52,258 bases of DNA from Klebsormidium nitens (Eukaryota > Plantae > Klebsormidiophyceae), in the NCBI GenBank assembly GCA_000708835.1, contig DF237563.1:1-52258 (forward strand), given 5' to 3'. Of the stretch, positions 45,659 to 52,258 are shown piece after piece. A program made the translations under genes and the position numbers. Within the stretch, counting starts at the first letter, position 1, and every line of letters begins with the position of its first letter. The notes beneath the pieces were generated by a model. The model was given only the letters and a program-made list of their open reading frames with translations, had not been told where the DNA came from and ran no database searches.

Positions 45659-48600
45659 TTATGAGGGTTGCTTCCGTTGTCCAGAGTTTGCGAAGGCGGC
45701 CAGGCGAGCCCCAGGAATAGTGGAACCCTCCGAACGGCAGTGGGGGGGTTCTTCCGAAGGCAACCCTGACCGTCCGCTCTCCTCAGCTTGTCCGCTGCCC
45801 TGTCCAGCGTCAGCACTCTCGGCATCGCTGGCCCAATCCGCACGCGCATCTGCGCTCATCCTGAGCACTCCCCCATGCACCTCATCTGCCCCCAGATCTG
45901 TGCGAGGCCCCCCCATCGCCGGCTCCTGCTCTTGCCGACTGATAATATCGAGACATTTGTCCTCGTACGGATCCCGCAGGATCCGGCCCCTCGCGTCTTT
46001 CTCCAAGTAGGATACGTAACGGAGCCCTTGCAGATCCCAATATGCGAAGAACGCCTCGCGCACCGCCAGCGGCACCCCCCCAACCCCGCGCGCAAGCCAC
46101 ATGGAGGCGAGCTTGAATGCGCCCCTTTCCCCCACGAGTTCGACGCAGGCTGCATGGGGGCTCCACTTCCCCCCCCGAGCTGGGTAGATTGTTATACCGG
46201 TATAGTGGCAACTTTGGTTTTGGAAGTCCAGCATTTCTAGGAGATGCTCCGTGGTAACGTGCTCACCCAATTGCCGCCCCTTGGCAAAGGTTTGAGACCC
46301 TTTCGTCCGTCTGAACTGCTGGGCTTGCCATGACCCGGTGCCACGGCGCTTCTCGACGTTCCCCGCTATGAATGCTCTTGATTTGGCAATGAGCTCGTCC
46401 ACGTTTTGCTGCGCCTTCTCAAGCGTCAGCTCGAAATACTTGGCGTAGCGGCTGAGATCAAACTGGCCAATCTGTAAGAAGGACACCGATGACACTCAGC
46501 ATCAACCAAGCTGCGACTCGATGACCATCTGTCCTTTGCGGGGTCGAGCCAAGGCAGGAAACAGTACCAACGCTCAATCGATGATGGCTGCGCGCCAGGA
46601 TAACCGACAAACTACACGATCTCGCCCGCATGTGTGAAAGTCATCGTGATGACATCGTCTTTGATGGACGACCGGAACCTAAGAAGCGAATATACTGAGA
46701 ATGCTGGACCTAATCGACGATTGATGTCACGATTCTCAGCCTTGATGAGCATGTATGGGAGCCATCAAGCCAAGCGCTGCTCGCACGACACTGCTCAAAC
46801 TGAAGAGAGCACACTGACGAACAAGTTCTGAACAAGGTGCTTTTCAAGGGAGGGTTTCAACATTGCATTCGTACCTCAACCATGAAGGCGGAGTAAAGTC
46901 GGAAGTCGCCCTCTGCTTTCGCGAGCTGCAAAGCCAAACGAATAGGATCAGCCAGACGTAAGGCAGGAAGAAAAAGCCGACAGGTTGAAACTAGACGAGC
47001 GGTTTTGATGACGCGTGAATCTCGAGACTATCAAGACAACAGCACCGTCAAATGTCACTTCAGAAGGCAGTCCTTCTTAAAGACAGCTTCTGCATGGAGT
47101 ATGGCAGAAATGGTTCCATGTTGCCTTCCGCCATTTAGAAATATCAAACGAGGGCTTACATTGTCAAACAAGATCGACAGCTGAATGTTTCCCATCTCCT
47201 GGACCATCCTGAAGGTCAGATAGAAGTTCTCTGGGTCGGCCTCGAAGCGAGCGAGAAGCTCTCGGTATTTTGGCAAGTAAATTCTGTAGCCATAGGACGT
47301 CGAGCCATCCTCAATCTTGTCTATGGAGGCGACGGACAGGCCGTGGTGTTCTGAGAATTGGTTCGATGCTGACATCGCAAACCGGAGCCGAACGTCTGCA
47401 CGGGGTTCAGGGCTCGTTCAAACGCTGAGAGGGTGTCAAGGCGCCCAAAATTTACGTGAGTACGTTTGACTCTCCGAAAACCAGACAGAGCAACTCTTTC
47501 CTTCCGCCATTTCCTGCCCCATCATTTCTAAGTACGAAATTCGTATTACTTGATTATGCACTTTTCCAAGCCATGTACCTACCTTTCCGCAGCGGGTGCG
47601 CGCATTTGAACATCCTGACGATGATGGCCAGCTGCTCTGCTGTTGGCCGCTCCCATCCTGGTGGACACGAGAGGATATCACGGCCCGCCCTCTCGTCGAT
47701 CTGCCGCTTACAATCGTTGGTGTGCTGACACAAGCATAAGGAAGGACAATGATCAATGACTCTAGATTCGTGTGAATCGTAGAAGAAGTGGGATGTGCAT
47801 GAAGCGAACATCCGGCACAGGTCATGCACAACACACAACCGCCAATAAGCGATGGGTACCCCGTTCAGAGGCAGAACTTTCTGGTCGCAGTTCACAAAAG
47901 CTTCCACAAAAGCTCACTGTATGAATCACAAAATTTCTGTGCTTGGCACGGGCTTGCACCAGCAATACAGATTCTTCAACCGGAAACCAGATCGCGACCT
48001 GGAGGATTTGAAAATCAAAGGCTTGTTAAGGTTGACTTGACGCTCCTCACTCACCTTTGCCCAGACCTCCAACGGCAGGTCCTGATCCGCCAGTGTGTGG
48101 ACGTACATTCTCAAAAAGGCTGAAGTAATGCCGAGTGGAAGATGTTTTGAATGCTTCTTGATGAACACGTCGAAGTGCGTGAAACGAATCTGCAGAGGGA
48201 AGACCTTACGAAGTTAAGCTGAGGAGACAACGTGTGCATCCGAAGCCCGAAACATAATCACAGGTAACCAAACAGTCCGACAAGCACATTAAGACCATCA
48301 AGCAACATGACCACCGCTCCGACTTAAGCCAGAACAGCTCATTCTTCACAGCCGCAGTATCATCTAGAGGTTTTCAATAAAGGCATTTCCGACCTACCTC
48401 CTTCCTTTTTGCAACATTCCCTATCGCCTTTTCGCTGCACCAAGATCACAATATAGATGAGATTGCAGCTCTAACAGCTTTCTAACCCACCTCCTGGGAA
48501 GGCCAGCGTCGCTCTTCTGGAGGAACAAACTCGGTCAACTCAGAGAGGTGTGACCGTATGAAGTTTTGATGACATTTTCCATGCGCAGTCTCCAATCGCC

Positions 48601-49689
48601 AGGCTGCCTGTCCGGCTCCTGAATACAAGCACAGCAGAGGTTTGAGACACCGTCTTTGTCCTGTGACATTTCGCAGGCATGCAACTGGTACTATGAATTG
48701 GCAATCCTAAAGTGTTTCTTGGTATAATTTGTTAACAGAAGAGATGCATGTACGTTGTGTTCCTTGCACCATTGACACTTGGCACAGAGCAGCTCACAAA
48801 CGCCCTTCTATCACGTGTGTTACATCGTGTTACTTTAGCCAGCAAACAGGGTTTTGACACTCGCGATTTTGAGGGCCTCCATATGCTGGAGCAGTCGATC
48901 CATGAGCCGGATCAGCTGCCTACGGACTCCTTCTGGATGCAGGATGTGCTCTTCATGTCCTGCTTCTTTTTCAAGCTGCTGGACAAACGGATTGTCAGAA
49001 TGACCTGCTCTTAAGAGGGACTCTATGAGATCCCGAGCATCCTCGGCATATCTACCCTGGAGCTTCTTATGCGGCTCACGGGTTTTGGGGTCAACCTTGA
49101 GGTCCCCGTGTTCATCAAACAAGTTCAAGCCAGCTACACCCAAAAGCTCCAGCTCAAGTGATTGAACTTCGTCAAGGGCCCACACACCCCGCGGACGATT
49201 CCCCTCGCTCAGAGGCCCACGCGTGACTTTCTTTGCAATCGATCGCCTTCCAATAGGGACCCCTTCTTCATCATCGCTGACAAGCTGGTGAGCCCTAAGT
49301 TCTTGGAGTAGCCGCTGCTTGTCATACCCCATCAGCTTCACTAGCCGCTGTGGCACTGTGACTTTGCCGATAGCTTTGCCTGCAGAAGCCTCTTCTCTAG
49401 AACCAGGCCATCTCGAGTGAGGAATGTCAGGCTGGAAGACTGTCCGAGGAGGCTTCTGACTGTGGCTTTGCCAGGGTGCAGCAGTTGGGTTTGAAGCTTG
49501 GCTTTCCGAGAGGCCTGATGGAACTAGATTTGCAATCGTCCCAGCAGGTCTTAAGTCTGTGGACGTGAAGGCTGGAGTCGATAGGCAAGGATGCTGCATT
49601 CCACTCAGCAAGCTGGCGTTTGACTTCATTGCCCAACGAGGTACGCGCCCTCTGGTCTTCTTTGCAGATGTCTCCTGCACATGACGCAA
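45659..49689 (-). CDS. Orphan multi-exon gene with two degenerate HNH/endonuclease-VII-like motifs (partial model; 5' exons probably extend to ~51200)
   Basis: Phase-compatible GT-AG exons: ≤49689-48861, 48618-48491, 48189-48055, 47998-47960, 47724-47583, 47395-~47060, and terminal 46471-45659. The link between 47060 and 46471 (candidate microexon near 46925-46875) and exons at 49700-51200 are unresolved. Confidence 0.5.
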
Positions 49690-52258
49690 TATGCAAGATG
49701 GTGTCAGCTAATCATGTTTTACGTTCCTGACATTAAGGCTGTCCATCTACCGCCGAATGAGGCCATTCGCTGAACGAAAGCATTCAGTGGTCAAGTCGTT
49801 GGTAAAATGGTAGGCCCTTCCAAGTTGATCCCAGGAAAAGGATTGGAAAATGGAAGCATGTGTCTGGACAATTGTGAACCTGCCCTTTCATAGATGTGAT
49901 AAAACCGCAGCCTGACAGTGCCACCCTAAGACAAAAGTGTTTGACAGGGATTGGCAGCTGACGGGCATCTTCCATAGCTCAAATGGTCAGTCAGAACCTG
50001 ATCCAGGATGCTCTTCATTTGTCATCCACTGCTGACAATAGATTAGGCTGATCTTTATCAGAATCTCCCCTCTCCATACTCAAAATCTCAGTCGGCAGGC
50101 TGCCAGGGGCTGTTAGATGTGGAAAGAAACCTCACCATCTTCAGTGTGAGAAGAACAGACAATCTTTCCAGCAGGATGTCTGGTCGCTTGGTCTTCAGAT
50201 TGAGGATTGACCTTGCTGCAGCATTAGCGACACAGAGCTGTGAGACGCTGCGCAACAGCCAACAAATATGCTGTATGCTGACAGACTTGTCCTTATTGAG
50301 CTGCTAAAGTATGGATACTGCTTAATGGATACGGACAATCAGTTGCTACTGTGGTGCATTTGCAGATGCACCTTTTTGATAGCACGCTTGTCAACCAAGA
50401 GTTGCCTGGCAGAACTTTAGCTGATGCATAAGCAAGAAGAATCCAAGATACAGGCAGGGCAAGTGTAGCCCAGACATCAGAGGGCAACAGTGCATACATG
50501 CGCTTTACTGGCACGCTTCAAAGTCGCATCTTCCTAACGATTGGTGTGATTGAGTTCCAGGCATTCCCCCATGAAGATTGAAGATAAGAATAGAGCAGAC
50601 CTTGTCAGTCGCAACCAAACCCCTTAATTGTTGTTGTACCAGCCCCAGTAGAATGTTGAGTCGTTTAAGCTCACCTCAAACAAATGTGGACCGCACATGC
50701 CTCAGGCTTGATGAAGGTGTTATCATCAGAAGACAGCATAGCAGAATCATGTAGTGACCTCAATATCCTTCTGAGCTGGTTTTCAGTCGTACTGTATTTG
50801 GCATCATGTCTCAGCAGCGACATTAGCTGAACGCATCATCTGCTGCTTGTTGATATGGTCAAACGTGACCTGCTTGCATGCTCCGAGCTGGCCACAGGCT
50901 GCAGCCTAGCTCCCTCAGAACCTTCGCAGCGATCCAGAATCTGCCTCGATCAGCATCTTCACTCTGTGCTGACGGGATTCACTAGCTTTCACCTGCCACG
51001 TTACGCATTGCTCATCTTCCTGAATCCGCTTCACAAAGACCGGGGACATTCTGTGCATCGAAGAAAGAGTTCACCCTTGGCTCCCCCTCTTTCTCTTGCC
51101 ATAAGTGGCATTTAAGCAAGGACGCAGCGCTTCGAGGGAGCCATGAAAGTCCTGTGGAATGGGGACCGAAGCAGCTGCACAATGGCGGCTGCATCATGCA
51201 TCGGTTTACCTACCTGCGGTCGATCAATGTGCAGAGCAATCCCTTTGATCTATTGGACGGCTAAAAGACCATGTCGGGAATTTCTTTGTCCTGGGCGGTC
51301 GATCGCAGCGAAACGCTTCATCCGACGGCCACGCTTCAAACTGAGACAATCCAGTGACAACCCGCAGTTTTTCTTTTGAAGGGTCCGTTATTCCTTTTTT
51401 CTCCTCCTTTTTGCATTTTGAATCCGTGCGGAAAGAGATGGGCGAGAAATACTAGCCGCCTTGTGCTTTCGGGGCAATTCAATGGTGCTTAAAAGTGACA
51501 TTTAGCCCGTCCACCCCTTACGAACACTGCTCTTATGCTCCCCTTATGCTCCTCCCATTCTCCCATTCTGTCTGACAAAGGCATCCTCCACGGCCCGTTA
51601 ATTCTCAGCACGACTTCCATTGATGACGGTTTGACATCATCGATCCAAAGAATACAGATCTATCACAGCATTGTCGAAAGTTCAGGGAAAGTTCCCTTAT
51701 CCACATGATCCAACTCGCTGCACAACCTCACAACTGTCAATAAGTTGAATTTCAATCAGTCAACACATTGGACATGCTTGTCAGATTCTGTAAATCCATG
51801 CAACTAGTTTGTAGCGGCTCCATCAAGTTTCGTCAACATGTGTACATGTCCACGTAGACATAGACTAGATACTATAGAATCAATGACCCACATGCAGGTG
51901 CGTGGCCGCGCCGCGCGGTTTCTAAACCCTCGCTAAACCCTGCTCGGAATGAGGCGCGCCTTGTGATATAGAAGTCTGGAAACACGGATTCAGGACTTGA
52001 CTTATAACAAGCAACTAATAAATTGTAACTAAAATACAATACCCATCTAGTAGTACAATCTCATGGCTTCAATGATCTTGCAATGCATGTACTAACTCAT
52101 CGTCTCTGTAACGGCGCTAGCTTTCCGAGCCCCTCGCGGGGATCCCCCGGTAGCTATACGCGCGCGGGTCGCGCGGACTAGTGTCGTTAACGCGCCGTGC
52201 GGCCGCGAGTTAAACCCCGAGCCAGATCCGCCGTCGGATGGCTGGATCCAAAACGGAC

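Noticed and set aside
52120-52185. Helitron 3' end (GC hairpin + CTAG|T)
   Set aside because: The hairpin is only ~2 nt from CTAG rather than ~10-12, and no Rep/helicase or 5' TC partner could be identified.

Overview
Eukaryotic nuclear DNA with GT-AG spliceosomal introns. Plant-type genes, GC-rich exons and 50-900 nt introns suggest a streptophyte green alga (Klebsormidium-like; inference). The left half (1-25.2 kb) holds four conserved-type genes: organellar Twinkle primase-helicase (-, 9 exons), RHD3/SEY1 GTPase (+, 18 exons, one GC-AG intron), PSBO (-, 3 exons), and an unrecognised Tat-targeted thylakoid membrane protein with an 11-aa tandem repeat spanning an 881-N gap (-). Three Twinkle introns each carry a ~135-nt, ~90% identical, two-hairpin element ending in ACA+3 nt, placed 280-289 nt from the 3' splice site: candidate H/ACA snoRNA-like paralogs. 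The right half (25.3-52.3 kb) is accessory-like. It has an L1/Tx1 LINE remnant and orphan exons. It also has two large convergent spliced orphan genes with nuclease-type folds typical of selfish elements. One (+, phase-consistent 7-exon model, ~1517 aa) has an LRLRGG ubiquitin-tail motif, an intein-type double LAGLIDADG (DOD) domain without an intein, and a C-terminal Cys cluster. The other (-) has two degenerate HNH/EndoVII-like motifs. All domain calls are by-eye motif matches; no searches were run.
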